This document shows, in pieces, positions 20,439-31,655 of a stretch of DNA of 64,000 nucleotides. Each line of letters starts with the position of its first letter. Position 1 is the stretch's first letter. The DNA is from an uncultured bacterium (GTDB lineage: Bacteria > Patescibacteriota > Minisyncoccia > Phycocordibacterales > DATDWN01). The DNA is taken from the NCBI GenBank assembly GCA_963727715.1, contig CAVSGX010000004.1:8455-72454 (forward strand), written 5' to 3'. The translations under genes and the position numbers were made by a program. The notes under the pieces were generated by a model. The model was not told where the DNA came from, ran no database searches, and saw nothing but the letters and a program-made list of their open reading frames with translations.

Positions 20439-21455
20439 ATGAAATCACAGCCGAAAGTTACAGTTTTCATTTCCCTCTTTAACGCCGAGAAATATATCGG
20501 TATGACCATTGACAGTGTTTTGGTTCAAACTTTTTCTGATTTTCAGATTTTGATTGTGGATGACTGTTCAAAAGATAAAAGTGTGGAAGTGGTCAGGTCG
20601 TATAAAGACCCAAGAATCCGTCTAATCGTCAACGATAAAAACATCGGGTTATTGAAAAGCCGAAACATGGGGCTGGAAGAAGCAAAAACTGAATACGTAG
20701 CTATTATTGACTCGGACGACATTATGTACCCGACGCGTCTGGAAAAACAAGTTTCTTTTCTGGATTCACACCAAGATTTCTCCATGGTCGGGACGTGGAC
20801 AGAAATAATTGATTCCAATGGCAAAAAAACCGGTGTGGAGTGGAAAGACCCGATCCCGCCGGAAAAAATTCCCATGGTTCTATTATTTCATAATTGTTTC
20901 GCTCATTCGTCTGTTATGATAAGAATGAACGCGCTTCAAGGAGAAAGATACCAGACCGATGTGGTAGAAGACCGTGATTTGTGGATTCGACTGTCCAAAA
21001 AATCAAAAATCTGGAATATTCCAAAGATACTGACACAATATCGGGTTCACCAAACAAACAGAACGGTTGGTGTTATGGGAAAAGTGTCCTTCACAACCGA
21101 TAAAATTATCAGAAGAGAATTGAATTATTTGAATATAGATCCAACCGACGAGGAACTGGTGATACACAAAATAAGCTACGCATACAATAATGCCAATATA
21201 AAAGAATTTATAAAAAAGCGCCAAGACTGGCTTTTAAAACTGTTGGAAAAAAATACTCAAACCCATTACTTTCAGCAAAAAACATTTGAGGAAGTTTTGA
21301 AGGAAAGGTGGCTCATTAGTTGTAGCGCCAACGCGCAAGTTGGATTTTGGGTCTGGAAAACTTTTTGGAAATCTAGTTTGAGCAACAGGGCTTTATTTGC
21401 TCAACCAAAACAAGTGATAAAATTTTTTATTAAATGCTTGTTAAAGATTAGATGA
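20439..21455 (+). CDS. GT2 glycosyltransferase
   Basis: VTVFISLFNAEKYI..ILIVDDCSKD..IDSDD (DxD). Confidence 0.85.
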   Translation: MKSQPKVTVFISLFNAEKYIGMTIDSVLVQTFSDFQILIVDDCSKDKSVEVVRSYKDPRIRLIVNDKNIGLLKSRNMGLEEAKTEYVAIIDSDDIMYPTRLEKQVSFLDSHQDFSMVGTWTEIIDSNGKKTGVEWKDPIPPEKIPMVLLFHNCFAHSSVMIRMNALQGERYQTDVVEDRDLWIRLSKKSKIWNIPKILTQYRVHQTNRTVGVMGKVSFTTDKIIRRELNYLNIDPTDEELVIHKISYAYNNANIKEFIKKRQDWLLKLLEKNTQTHYFQQKTFEEVLKERWLISCSANAQVGFWVWKTFWKSSLSNRALFAQPKQVIKFFIKCLLKIR

Positions 21456-23169
21456 TTTTATAAATATAGATTCCTTTTGAAAAATACAGGATTTTATATG
21501 TTTTTGGTATGACCCAGTTTGGATTTTTGTTACTGTCCCAAACCAAATAATCCACTCTATAAGTTTTGATGATTTTGGCAAAATCAATTTTTTGCATTTG
21601 GACAGCGTCCGCCAAAACTTTGATGACTTGTTCTTGAGGAACCAAAGGACTATTATCCTGTGGCAATCCGAGAATTCTGCGAATCTTGTTTTTGCTTTGG
21701 TTGTGACCGTATTCGTCCGTGTAGTAACCGCCAAAAATCATTCTCTGATTTTGGACAATATGGGCCGGTGTAAAATTGTCAAAATAATGGTTGATAATAA
21801 ATCTCTCTTCTACTTCCCTGCCAGACATAAAAAACAATATTCCATAACCAGAATAATAAACATTTTGCGAAGTGTAGATGGGCAAAAAGAATCCGATATC
21901 ATCGTTGGTGTAAACCACCTCGTCCGGTTTGGCATTTTTAGATAGCCAATCAAATACCCCGGCATAATTTTGAGTGTAAATATCGTAAGAAGAATATGTC
22001 ATTTCAACTTTTATCATATTTGCCACACTGTATACAGACATAACACAAATCAAAAACATCATGATGTAAAAAAATATTTTCTTGAATTTCGACGACAATA
22101 TATTTTGCCATGAATAGATTACGTACGCACCGACAAAAACAAAGGTATACAAATTGCCCAAGAGATAATGGCTGGAAAATTCAAGATTCTTCCCTGTCAA
22201 TAAATGTTGATTGATAACTATGACCGCAGACAAAACAGCCGAGAAAAGAAAAATGGATAATTCACTGACAACAATTTTTTCCTTTTTGTAAGAATATAAA
22301 AACAGACAAATGATAATGACAGCCAAACCAACGCTCAAAAAACCGGACGGAAAGTGGGTGGCGATCATCCCAAGACGGCGGAGAGATTCATTGTAAACGG
22401 AAAGATTACTGCTTTGCCAGACAGAAACAAAATACGGTATGCCTATGACAAAAGCCCCCAAACATACGACAAGATATGTTTTATATGACATATCTTTTAC
22501 TTTCAGAACAAAAACCAGAACTAAAAAGACAGCAAACAAAACCACAAAAAATGTCCAGAAATACGGATAGAGATGAAATAAAAGACCAAACGAAAGAGCT
22601 GACAGAACAGCATACATTTTTTCTTTCTTTTTTATATAAAGCAGAAGAAATAGAAAAGTTAAGAGCCAGAAAACAAAATTGAAAGCCGGCGACGGCAGGC
22701 GCAAAAAAGTATTGGCTGAAAGAATAACATTGGCAAAAAACATACCCAAAATAGACCAGCTTTTTGAACCGGTTAAAACATATAAAATGACATACGATAG
22801 AACTGCAAGCAGAGCCGTCAAAATCCCCGTCCAAATAATAAACCCGACCGGCACGGAAAGACCGAGCCAGCCGATTGGTTTAGCCAAAATGTAATCAGGC
22901 AACCAAAATTGCATGGGGGAACCGTCTTTATGTTCGTAGATATACGGATTGGCTAAGTTTGGGTGACCGTCCAAAACATCACGGGCCCGAGCTTCATAAT
23001 ATATTTCGTCGTCAGTCACACCGTGATATATTCCCTGAAAATTCGGAGAATTTTTAGCGCCCATATATTGCGGAACGGAAGAAGCAACGCCTATCAAAAC
23101 GGCTAACAAAAGAATAACCCAATTATTCAACAAAAATTTAAATATTTTTTTCATCTTGTTTTTTGGCAA
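21448..23169 (-). CDS. Polytopic membrane protein, possibly a GT-C-type glycosyltransferase
   Basis: 573 aa, many TM helices followed by a soluble C-terminal domain. Located in the glycan cluster. Confidence 0.4.
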   Translation of the reverse strand: MPKNKMKKIFKFLLNNWVILLLAVLIGVASSVPQYMGAKNSPNFQGIYHGVTDDEIYYEARARDVLDGHPNLANPYIYEHKDGSPMQFWLPDYILAKPIGWLGLSVPVGFIIWTGILTALLAVLSYVILYVLTGSKSWSILGMFFANVILSANTFLRLPSPAFNFVFWLLTFLFLLLYIKKKEKMYAVLSALSFGLLFHLYPYFWTFFVVLFAVFLVLVFVLKVKDMSYKTYLVVCLGAFVIGIPYFVSVWQSSNLSVYNESLRRLGMIATHFPSGFLSVGLAVIIICLFLYSYKKEKIVVSELSIFLFSAVLSAVIVINQHLLTGKNLEFSSHYLLGNLYTFVFVGAYVIYSWQNILSSKFKKIFFYIMMFLICVMSVYSVANMIKVEMTYSSYDIYTQNYAGVFDWLSKNAKPDEVVYTNDDIGFFLPIYTSQNVYYSGYGILFFMSGREVEERFIINHYFDNFTPAHIVQNQRMIFGGYYTDEYGHNQSKNKIRRILGLPQDNSPLVPQEQVIKVLADAVQMQKIDFAKIIKTYRVDYLVWDSNKNPNWVIPKTYKILYFSKGIYIYKII

Positions 23170-24022
23170 TTAACAAAAAATTATCTTTTAGATTAATGGG
23201 AATGGACAACTTCGGATATTTTTTTGCAAAAAAATTGGCCAGATAATTCCACAGTGAAATTTTTTGCCATTTATGCAATGTTTTGAAAATGTAAGAGAAT
23301 GTGAATTTTTTGGAAACCGAACCGGTGTATAAAATTTCAAAACCGTTTTTGCCGAGGTACTCCGACAAATTTTGCGGACTGAAATAAAACAAGTGCTCCG
23401 GCGGGACGACTAGGTGCCACCGAGTTTTCATTATCTTTGAAAGCAAACTTTGGCCATTTGGCGTATTGATGACTAGCAGGCCACCGGATTTAAGAGTGAG
23501 ACGAGCCTCAAGCATTTCCCTAAATGGATTAGTCATATGTTCCAAAACATCAAACATAGTGACAACGTCAAAAAAATTCTCCGGTTTTTGGTTTGACAAA
23601 ATATCACCGACGGAAATATTCAAACCCTTTTTTCTGCCTATATTAGCGGCAAAAGCCGATATTTCCACACCAGAAACAGCAAAACCGCGCGATTTGGCAA
23701 TGGACATAAAAAAACCGGTGGCAGCGCCGATATCCAAAAGATTACCATTTTTTTTGCCAAATTTTTCGCATAAACCAAGATATTTCTCAAATGTAGGAAT
23801 CATCGGTTCTTTGTCCGAGTCATAATTAACGTAGCCGAAACCATCTTCGGCCCCGGAAAAATAATCCTCATTGTAAAGGGAAAATGAATTTGGAATCGGA
23901 TAGACAAAAATCAACTTGCAATGATCGCATCTGTATAAATCAAAATTATTCTTCCTCCCCCATTTTGAAGAAACAACACTCCCACAGAGAGGACATTTTA
24001 TTTTTTGAATCTTATTTTCCAT
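23138..24022 (-). CDS. Class I SAM-dependent methyltransferase with N-terminal zinc ribbon
   Basis: CPLCGS..CDHC, then LLDIGAATGFF (SAM motif I). Confidence 0.8.
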   Translation of the reverse strand: MENKIQKIKCPLCGSVVSSKWGRKNNFDLYRCDHCKLIFVYPIPNSFSLYNEDYFSGAEDGFGYVNYDSDKEPMIPTFEKYLGLCEKFGKKNGNLLDIGAATGFFMSIAKSRGFAVSGVEISAFAANIGRKKGLNISVGDILSNQKPENFFDVVTMFDVLEHMTNPFREMLEARLTLKSGGLLVINTPNGQSLLSKIMKTRWHLVVPPEHLFYFSPQNLSEYLGKNGFEILYTGSVSKKFTFSYIFKTLHKWQKISLWNYLANFFAKKYPKLSIPINLKDNFLLIAKKQDEKNI

Positions 24023-24702
24023 GGAGCTATTATACCTTCGCCAATAATATGATTTGATATTTTTGATTCGCCCCCGATTCGACTGCCGAAGATGATTGGT
24101 AATTCTTTGAATTTGGCTCCATTTTTCCGAAGCAGATTTTTAAATTCCATTTGAAAAGCGTATCCTGAAGAATCAATATCTTGCAAGTCAACCTTTTTCA
24201 GCACAGACATATCAATCATATAGAAACCGGCGGTTAAATCTCTGACTGGTATGCCGGTAATAATCCTGGCGTAAAGATTGCCAAAATACGACAGGGCTTT
24301 GCGCCAAGTTTCCCAGCCAATGGTATCACCGCCAGGGACATAGCGCGAACCGATGACAACCGAAAAACCTTTGTCAATCAATTTTTCCATTTCTTTCAAA
24401 TATTTCGGATGATGCGACATATCAGCATCCATCATGGCCACAATCTCCGGATCATATTTTTCAAAAATATGATTGAACGCGCCAATGTAAGCTTTACCAA
24501 GACCCTCTTTGCTTTTTCTAACCAAGAGGTGCACTTTGTTGTTTGTCAGTTTTAGATGTTTGACAATATCAGCTGTGCCGTCAGGTGAATTATCATCAAC
24601 TACCAGAATATGAGAGTGAGGGATACGCAAATTTATTTCATCAATGATTTTGACGATAGTGTCTTTTTCGTTATAAGTTGGAATGATGATAAGAAGCTTC
24701 AT
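23998..24702 (-). CDS. Polyprenol-phosphate mannosyl/glycosyltransferase (GT2, Dpm1-like)
   Basis: MKLLIIIPTYNEKDTI..VVDDNSPDGTA..DADMSHHP. Start taken at MKLL (24702). Confidence 0.8.
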   Translation of the reverse strand: MKLLIIIPTYNEKDTIVKIIDEINLRIPHSHILVVDDNSPDGTADIVKHLKLTNNKVHLLVRKSKEGLGKAYIGAFNHIFEKYDPEIVAMMDADMSHHPKYLKEMEKLIDKGFSVVIGSRYVPGGDTIGWETWRKALSYFGNLYARIITGIPVRDLTAGFYMIDMSVLKKVDLQDIDSSGYAFQMEFKNLLRKNGAKFKELPIIFGSRIGGESKISNHIIGEGIIAPWKIRFKK

Positions 24703-25823
24703 TTTGTTATGAATGAAATAATATTTTCTGCACGTTTCCCCCATGTATATTTTGATATCACATCCTCGTAAGCTTTCTGGCTTATTTTTTTTGCAACATC
24801 AGGATTTTCTTTCAAAAAAACAATCTTTTCGGCAAGAGCTTTCGGATCGTTCGGCGGAATAAGGATGGCATTTACTCCATCTGTAAGCACCTCTCGTATT
24901 GAAGGCAAATTTGTCGTTACAATCGGTTTGCCACTGGCCATATACTCAAAAATCTTCAGTGGTGACATAAAATAAGCATAATGTTCAATATTTGGAAACG
25001 GAGCGACCAAAACATCACAGAGCGACATATAGCTCGGGATTTCAGTGTGAGAAACTTTACCGACAAAAATAGCTCTGCCAGACAAACCCAAATGTTTAGT
25101 CATATTGGTATAATATTCTATATCGTCCTTCTCCCCACCAACAATCAATAGTTTAAAATTATTATTCAAGTATTTCAAAGCCAGTAAGCAATCAGATAAA
25201 CCTTTCTCTTTGCCCATTGTTTTCAGAGTGCCAATATACCCGAAAATAAAATCACTTTGTTCAATATTTTCAATTTTTTTAGCGGTAACATTTTTTCTAA
25301 AATTTTCCATATCAACTCCATCCGGAGCGATAAGTATTTTCTCTTTTTCAATTCCAAACTTTACCAATCTGTCTTTTATAAAAGAAGTCAAAACTATAAT
25401 TTTTGAAGAAAGATTGAAAAATATTTTCTGGGAGAATGACATTTTTTTCGGAAAAGAGTGTCTTTCCAAAACCACATTTGGGAAAAAAATTGCCGAGTAA
25501 GTGTCGCGAGAATACAAAATATCAAAATGATTCATCCAGACAAAAACTCTGGCCGACAGATAAAATGAGATGAACCTAAGCCAATATAAAACTATGCTTT
25601 GATTTCCCGGTATAATATCCAGACACCAAACTTTTTTGACAACAAAAGTTTTAGCCATGCCGTAGTGATCAAAAGGATCCACTCCCTGCAAAATTTTCCT
25701 TTTCGGCACAACCAAAATCACCTCTTCCCCTTTTTGAGCAAAGGCTTTGCACATACTCATAATCTGGATAGAATGCGCCCAATCGTCCGGAATATTAGCG
25801 TTGACTACATAAGCCAATTTCAT
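24699..25823 (-). CDS. GT4 glycosyltransferase
   Basis: C-terminal region has the GT4/GT-B family pattern (..SPLKIFEYMASGKPIV). Confidence 0.8.
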   Translation of the reverse strand: MKLAYVVNANIPDDWAHSIQIMSMCKAFAQKGEEVILVVPKRKILQGVDPFDHYGMAKTFVVKKVWCLDIIPGNQSIVLYWLRFISFYLSARVFVWMNHFDILYSRDTYSAIFFPNVVLERHSFPKKMSFSQKIFFNLSSKIIVLTSFIKDRLVKFGIEKEKILIAPDGVDMENFRKNVTAKKIENIEQSDFIFGYIGTLKTMGKEKGLSDCLLALKYLNNNFKLLIVGGEKDDIEYYTNMTKHLGLSGRAIFVGKVSHTEIPSYMSLCDVLVAPFPNIEHYAYFMSPLKIFEYMASGKPIVTTNLPSIREVLTDGVNAILIPPNDPKALAEKIVFLKENPDVAKKISQKAYEDVISKYTWGKRAENIISFITK

Positions 25824-26822
25824 TTATATGTGTTTTAGAAATTGCTGGGTATGGGCCATCGGATTTTTGTATTTTTCCAAGTCCGCCTCAACCATCATCT
25901 TAACCAGTTCCTTGAAAGATACTTTTGGTTTCCAGCCAAGTATTGTTTTTATTTTTGTCGGATCACCGAGAAGATAGTTGACATCAACAGGTCTGTAAAA
26001 TTGTTTATCAACTTTGACATAATTTTTGTAATCAAGACCGACGGTAGAAAACGCTTCTTGGCAAAATTCCCTGACGGAATGACTCTCTCCAGTTGCTACC
26101 ACATAATCATCCGGTTTGTTGTGTTGAAGCATCATCCACATGGCCTCGACATAATCCCCGGCAAAACCCCAGTCTCTTTTGGCATCCAAGTTGCCCAGGA
26201 AAATTTCTTTGTTATAACCCATTTTTATTCTGGCCACACCATCGGTAATTTTTTTGGTCACAAATTCTATCCCGCGTATTGGCGATTCGTGATTGAAAAG
26301 TATACCCGAGCAGGTGAACATGTTGTACCCATCCCTGTAATTTTTGTTGACCCAATGCCCATAAAGTTTGGCGACAGCATATGGACTAGCTGGCTCAAAA
26401 GGTGTTTTTTCACTTTGCGGATGCGGAGCATTGCCAAACATTTCCGAGGTTGATGCCTGATAGAATTTTATTTTTGGATTCACTATGCGTATTGAATCCA
26501 AAATTCTGGTAACACCGAGCCCGGATATTTCACCGGTTGTAATGGCTTGTTCAAAAGAGACCCCAACAAAACTTTGGGAGGCCAGATTGTATATTTCATC
26601 TGGTTCAGATTCTTTGATGGCATTTATAATGGATGTTTGATCCAGAAGATCGAACGGCAACAGTTTTATATCCTTTTTTACATCCAAATAATGCAAGCGC
26701 CAAAAATTCCTAGTGCTTGATCTTTTATACCCACCAAAGACTTCATACCCTTTGCTGACTAAAAACTTGGCCAAATACGGGCCATCTTGACCTGTGATGC
26801 CTGTGATAAGTGCTCTTTTCAT
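25824..26822 (-). CDS. gmd: GDP-mannose 4,6-dehydratase
   Basis: ALITGITGQDGPYLAKFL, then SEMFG and YAVAKLY (S/YxxxK catalytic pattern). Confidence 0.9.
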   Translation of the reverse strand: MKRALITGITGQDGPYLAKFLVSKGYEVFGGYKRSSTRNFWRLHYLDVKKDIKLLPFDLLDQTSIINAIKESEPDEIYNLASQSFVGVSFEQAITTGEISGLGVTRILDSIRIVNPKIKFYQASTSEMFGNAPHPQSEKTPFEPASPYAVAKLYGHWVNKNYRDGYNMFTCSGILFNHESPIRGIEFVTKKITDGVARIKMGYNKEIFLGNLDAKRDWGFAGDYVEAMWMMLQHNKPDDYVVATGESHSVREFCQEAFSTVGLDYKNYVKVDKQFYRPVDVNYLLGDPTKIKTILGWKPKVSFKELVKMMVEADLEKYKNPMAHTQQFLKHI

Positions 26823-26835
26823 AAAAAATAAATGA

Positions 26836-27975
26836 TTATTTCCTTTTAAAAATATTCTTTAAATTTTCCGCTATATATTTAATATCTTTGTCCAAAAGTT
26901 TTGAACTACTCGGTAAGGTCAAACCTTTTTTATGCAACATTTCGGCTACCGGAAATTTTTTACCTCTGGCAAATTCAGGATAAGCCTTTTGACTACTGAT
27001 GGTAGGAAAGAGAGGTCTTGTATCAATTCCTTTATCAGATAACAATTTTCTGATCTCATCTACACTACCATCAATTAATATATTGAAAAACCAGAAAGAT
27101 GGTACGGTACCAGAAGGAATAGGTTGAAAAGAAATCTCTGGAATACCTTTTAACAAACTTTTATACAAATGATCGTGCTCTTTTCTTTTTTTTATAAAAG
27201 CACCAATCCTTTCCAGCTGAGCAAGCCCTACTGCAGCCTGGATATTTGTCAGTCGATAATTATAACCTACAACTTCATTCAAATAGACTCCTGGTTGATT
27301 CATACCATGATGTTTTAACACCCTCATTTTTTCATACAATTTTTCGTCATTCATGAGACACATACCACCCTCTCCAGTCGTAATAATTTTATTTCCAAAA
27401 AAAGAAAAACAACTAACATCACCAAAACTTCCGACCATTTTGTTTTTGTATTTAGCACCATGAGCTTCTGCGGCATCCTCAATAAGAAATATTTTGTTTT
27501 TTTTACACCATTTTTCTATGTAGTCGTAATTGCAAGGCACACCATATATGTCGACAGATATAACGGCTTTGGTTTTTGAAGTTTTTAACTTATCAAGCTG
27601 ATTTTCATCAAGAGTCCAGTCATCTATTTTTGAGTCGATAAAAACAGGGGTGGCGCCAACATGCCTAACAACCGCTGCAGTGGAAACAAAAGTAAAAGTC
27701 GGAACTATCACTTCATCGCCTTTACCTACTCCTAAACCCAAGAGGGCCAGATGAAGGGCTGTAGTCCCATTACTGGTCGCCAGAGCATATTTTCTATTAC
27801 AAAAAGACGCAAAATCTTTTTTGAACTTATCTAAATACTTTCCGCTTGAAGAAACCCTCCCCTCGACCAAAACTGCATCTCTAAGATATTTCATTTCATT
27901 ACCACTCAAATCTGGCTCTGCAACTGGTATTTTTTTTATTTTTAAGCTCATGTGATTAGAATAGTATAGACCCAA
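26836..27975 (-). CDS. DegT/DnrJ/EryC1-family PLP aminotransferase (GDP-perosamine-synthase-like, given the adjacent gmd)
   Basis: Family pattern ..ALATSNGTTALHLAL.. and FSFFGNKIITTGEGG (PLP lysine). An alternative start is the ATG at 27951. Confidence 0.8.
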   Translation of the reverse strand: MGLYYSNHMSLKIKKIPVAEPDLSGNEMKYLRDAVLVEGRVSSSGKYLDKFKKDFASFCNRKYALATSNGTTALHLALLGLGVGKGDEVIVPTFTFVSTAAVVRHVGATPVFIDSKIDDWTLDENQLDKLKTSKTKAVISVDIYGVPCNYDYIEKWCKKNKIFLIEDAAEAHGAKYKNKMVGSFGDVSCFSFFGNKIITTGEGGMCLMNDEKLYEKMRVLKHHGMNQPGVYLNEVVGYNYRLTNIQAAVGLAQLERIGAFIKKRKEHDHLYKSLLKGIPEISFQPIPSGTVPSFWFFNILIDGSVDEIRKLLSDKGIDTRPLFPTISSQKAYPEFARGKKFPVAEMLHKKGLTLPSSSKLLDKDIKYIAENLKNIFKRK

Positions 27976-28017
27976 AAGGGTTTAAAATATACCCTTGACA
28001 TTTTACACAAAAAATTA

Positions 28018-28653
28018 TTATTTTTTAATTTCAAGTACGAGAGAAAGCCCACGAATTCCAAAAAATCTCTGAATCTTTGACACAGTGCTCGGAGTAATGT
28101 CCATAACCCTCATTATTTTCCCCAGACCAGGAAAACATCTAAAATCTTCACAGACTAGAATATTTTTAAACCCAGCATCGTAGGCAACCATACTCAGACT
28201 CTTTTTTGTAAACGGGTGTTTGTGTGTATAATCATCCCAAAATGCACGATTTAACATATAAGGACAGTTTGGTGTCAAAATTATTGCTTTGCCTTCAAAC
28301 TTCAAAATCCTATTAACCTCTTTAAAAAAAAGTAATGGATCGGAAAGATGTTCCACCACATGTTTAATATATATTCCTTCATATGCTTCATCTTTGAGGA
28401 TAGACATTGGCTTCCCCGGTTCAATTTTATCAACATTAAATCCCCTGCTCCTGGCAATAGCAATACTATCATCATCAATATCGACTCCAGATATTTGATT
28501 TGGGGCCAGAGCTATAAAATTACCGGTCGCACAACCAATATCTAGAATTTGACCTTTTGTGTCTTTAAACCAGCGATTAAAATATAGACGATCAAACCAT
28601 AATTCTTCTTGTGAATACTTAGGTCTGTATTCTTTATCTGAAAAGTAGCTCAT
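28018..28653 (-). CDS. Class I SAM-dependent methyltransferase
   Basis: ILDIGCATGNF motif I. Confidence 0.75.
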   Translation of the reverse strand: MSYFSDKEYRPKYSQEELWFDRLYFNRWFKDTKGQILDIGCATGNFIALAPNQISGVDIDDDSIAIARSRGFNVDKIEPGKPMSILKDEAYEGIYIKHVVEHLSDPLLFFKEVNRILKFEGKAIILTPNCPYMLNRAFWDDYTHKHPFTKKSLSMVAYDAGFKNILVCEDFRCFPGLGKIMRVMDITPSTVSKIQRFFGIRGLSLVLEIKK

Positions 28654-28655
28654 TT

Positions 28656-29939
28656 TTATTTTGTGACACTTAGTAATAAAGAAAACAACTCGACAGATGT
28701 TTTTTTTATATCAAACAAATCTTTTGCTTTTTTCGAGTTAAGTTCTCTGTAGTGTTTCTTTTGGTCTTCTGAAATTAAACTCATCTTGTATATAACATCG
28801 GCAAGCGCTTGTTTGTCTCCGGTCTTGACCAAAATACCATTGACATTATTTTCGACTGCCTCCTTTATACCACCGGTATCATAAGCAACCACCGGAAGGC
28901 CTACAGCCATAGCCTCTTTCATCGCCATACCCATACATTCACGTGGAGTTATCGATGGAAAACAAAAACAGTCGACAGCAGAATATAATTCAGCCAAATC
29001 TTGTTCTGAAAGAGCTTGAAAAATTTTTAGGTTTTCATCCGGAAAACCTATTTCTTCTGCCCTAGCTTTAAGTTCCAAAATATCCCCCATCCCACACAAT
29101 ACAACAGCCATAGAGTTTCGTACATTCACATCAAGTTTAAGTAAAGATTCAAATAACTGGTCGTGACCTTTTCTCATCTTAAGTGCTCCCACAGCCATAA
29201 TTAAATATTTATCTATCGGAAGATTAAATTTTATTCTTGCCTCTTTCTGATTTGAAAGCATCCTGCCATAAAAAACATCAAAACTTATTCCACTATATAC
29301 GACATGAATTTTTGAATGATCGTCTAAATATTTTTTAGGACCAATCGCACAGTGTTCGCTTGCCGGAACAACCATGTCAACTTGGTCTAAAATGTATTTC
29401 CATAGCTTTTCATATCTTGGCGCAATATTTATTCCATCGGCTTTTGCTTTAAATTGAATCTCTGCATAATTTTCAAAAACAATCGGTAATTTGTTATTTT
29501 TTGCTACCATGACCGCAACAAGAGTCTGCAAACTACCCGTTTCACTTACAATAATATTTGGTTTAATTTTTTTAATAGCATTATCAATAACAACCCCCCT
29601 TCCGGCACAATACAAAAAATATGTTAGATCAAAATTCGGAAATAATTTTACTTGTTTAGAAAATAGCCTTGCATATAAAACGGGACTGTTTAAAAAATTG
29701 CTCAGAATAAATAGTATTTTATCCATTCCATCCGGCTTTTTCTTGAAATCATATATACGACCAACACCAGAATCCAAATCATTTTCACCACCATGATAAT
29801 GGTGGGCATGCAAATATACTTCAGCATCAGCTTTTTTCCATTCTCGTGCATGTAATAAACACCTCTTCATAATTCCTCCGTACGGTGGAGGAATACATTC
29901 GCCATTGTCACCGGTAATTATAATTCTTAATTTATTCAT
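28656..29939 (-). CDS. GT4 glycosyltransferase
   Basis: GT-B C-terminal pattern (FCFPSITPRECMGMAMKEAMAVGLPVVAYDTGG). Confidence 0.8.
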   Translation of the reverse strand: MNKLRIIITGDNGECIPPPYGGIMKRCLLHAREWKKADAEVYLHAHHYHGGENDLDSGVGRIYDFKKKPDGMDKILFILSNFLNSPVLYARLFSKQVKLFPNFDLTYFLYCAGRGVVIDNAIKKIKPNIIVSETGSLQTLVAVMVAKNNKLPIVFENYAEIQFKAKADGINIAPRYEKLWKYILDQVDMVVPASEHCAIGPKKYLDDHSKIHVVYSGISFDVFYGRMLSNQKEARIKFNLPIDKYLIMAVGALKMRKGHDQLFESLLKLDVNVRNSMAVVLCGMGDILELKARAEEIGFPDENLKIFQALSEQDLAELYSAVDCFCFPSITPRECMGMAMKEAMAVGLPVVAYDTGGIKEAVENNVNGILVKTGDKQALADVIYKMSLISEDQKKHYRELNSKKAKDLFDIKKTSVELFSLLLSVTK

Positions 29940-29962
29940 ATGGATAATTCTACATTAAACAT

Positions 29963-31651
29963 CTATTTGTGCACATCCGGAGCGTGACTGCAGTCATACA
30001 CCTTGGCCGAGATGTAATGGTCGGTTTGGTTGTAGATTATTTTGCAGGAGTCCAGATATTTGCGGTAGACGCTGTTTGGATCAATGCGCGGAATATTTAT
30101 TTCCAAATAAATCTCTTTGTACTGATTAAGGGTAGCGATTTTTTCGTTTATGTCAAAAGCCGGATCGGTGTAAAGTCTTTTTCTGTATTTGCCTATCTGT
30201 TGTATTTCATATCCGCCATTGTCATTGTAAACCGTTACGTATTTTATGTCCGGGTCGTTTTTAATGAATCCCACGGCACCAGAAAGAAGTTTCGGCGCCG
30301 AGCCGTAAAGACCACCGAACAAATATTCCTCGGCGAAAAGTCCGTTGTAGACAAGCCCAAGAGGAATGAGTAAAAGCAAAGCCATGCGACGCAGATGTGG
30401 TTTCCAAATAGCCACGACAACCAAGACCAGAGAAAAAATCCAAGACAAACCCATAAACAAAAAAGAAATATAAAATCCAAGAGGTCCGGAACCACCGGAG
30501 AACGGGTAAAGAAAATTCCATTTGAAACTTAGAATGCGACCAATCCAGGCCGTCTTCGGATAAAGCGACGGCACACTGTGAGGCAATGTTGCCAAGAACA
30601 AAAACACCAAAGCAACAAAAGTTCCAAGAAGAAGATATTCCGTGTCTCTTTTTTCTCTTGATCTAAAACAAGAAACCAAAACAACAGCTGATAAGACACA
30701 TAGCGGAATTATTATAAACTGCATATATCTGTCCAAAGCGCCGAGAGAAAAATCAAAAAGAATCGTGTAAAAAATTATACCGAACAAAATGTAAAACAGA
30801 AACGGTCTGACTTTTTTGACAAGATGTTTGTCGAGAAGAAAAGGAACCAAAACCAAAAACGGAGAAGAATACAGGAGGGCTTTGAAAACTTGGATGCCTG
30901 TCTGCAACCAATTTCTGTGAATGTTGGCAAAATGCATCCAGTATTCAAAGGATGTTTTCAGATTGAAAAAAGAAAAGAAATATTGAGAAACAAATAAAAG
31001 TAGCCAGAGCAAAACAACACCGCCGAAAATAAAACCAGCGTATCGAGCCATATCTTTTTTAGTCAGAAAATTTTTCTTCTGCCAGAGGAAATCGGCCAGA
31101 AGCGCGCAGATAGCCAGAGCAAAACTGACTTTGACGAAAAAACCCATAATGCACGAGAGAGCGAGCACGGCGACCCAAACCATTTTTCTTTTGCCAAAAC
31201 TTTGCCAGATTTTGTCGTATGAAATGAGAGCAATCAGAAAAAAGAACGGCATTATTGCCCCGTCGGTGTCCACCATAAGAGAAGCCAGAATGGAAAAATA
31301 AGACAGAACAAAAATGACCGAGCCGACAGTCGCTGTTTTTTTATCAAACCTTTGCCTCAAAAAATAATACAGGAGGAGCAAATTCATCACACCGAAAAAT
31401 AACGGCACGAAACGAAAATGAACATCGAAGCCGACAATCTCGCCGGCCACGCGATATATAAACTCCGAAAGTGGCGGGTGAGGAATATCTGTCCCGAGAG
31501 CAGTGGCCGGGTTGGCTATTTGTGGCCACTTGTACTCATCCTGATGGAGAGGTGAAGAAACCCCAGGCAGACGCAGGGCCAAGAAAGCCAAAACCAAAAT
31601 CCCGACAACAACCCACTCGTTTTTTCTAAAAAATTGTTCTATTTTTCCCAT
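29963..31651 (-). CDS. GT-C family membrane glycosyltransferase (ArnT/PMT-like)
   Basis: 562 aa, about 12 TM segments, early-loop HQDEYKW motif, soluble C-terminus. Confidence 0.6.
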   Translation of the reverse strand: MGKIEQFFRKNEWVVVGILVLAFLALRLPGVSSPLHQDEYKWPQIANPATALGTDIPHPPLSEFIYRVAGEIVGFDVHFRFVPLFFGVMNLLLLYYFLRQRFDKKTATVGSVIFVLSYFSILASLMVDTDGAIMPFFFLIALISYDKIWQSFGKRKMVWVAVLALSCIMGFFVKVSFALAICALLADFLWQKKNFLTKKDMARYAGFIFGGVVLLWLLLFVSQYFFSFFNLKTSFEYWMHFANIHRNWLQTGIQVFKALLYSSPFLVLVPFLLDKHLVKKVRPFLFYILFGIIFYTILFDFSLGALDRYMQFIIIPLCVLSAVVLVSCFRSREKRDTEYLLLGTFVALVFLFLATLPHSVPSLYPKTAWIGRILSFKWNFLYPFSGGSGPLGFYISFLFMGLSWIFSLVLVVVAIWKPHLRRMALLLLIPLGLVYNGLFAEEYLFGGLYGSAPKLLSGAVGFIKNDPDIKYVTVYNDNGGYEIQQIGKYRKRLYTDPAFDINEKIATLNQYKEIYLEINIPRIDPNSVYRKYLDSCKIIYNQTDHYISAKVYDCSHAPDVHK

Positions 31652-31655
31652 ATTT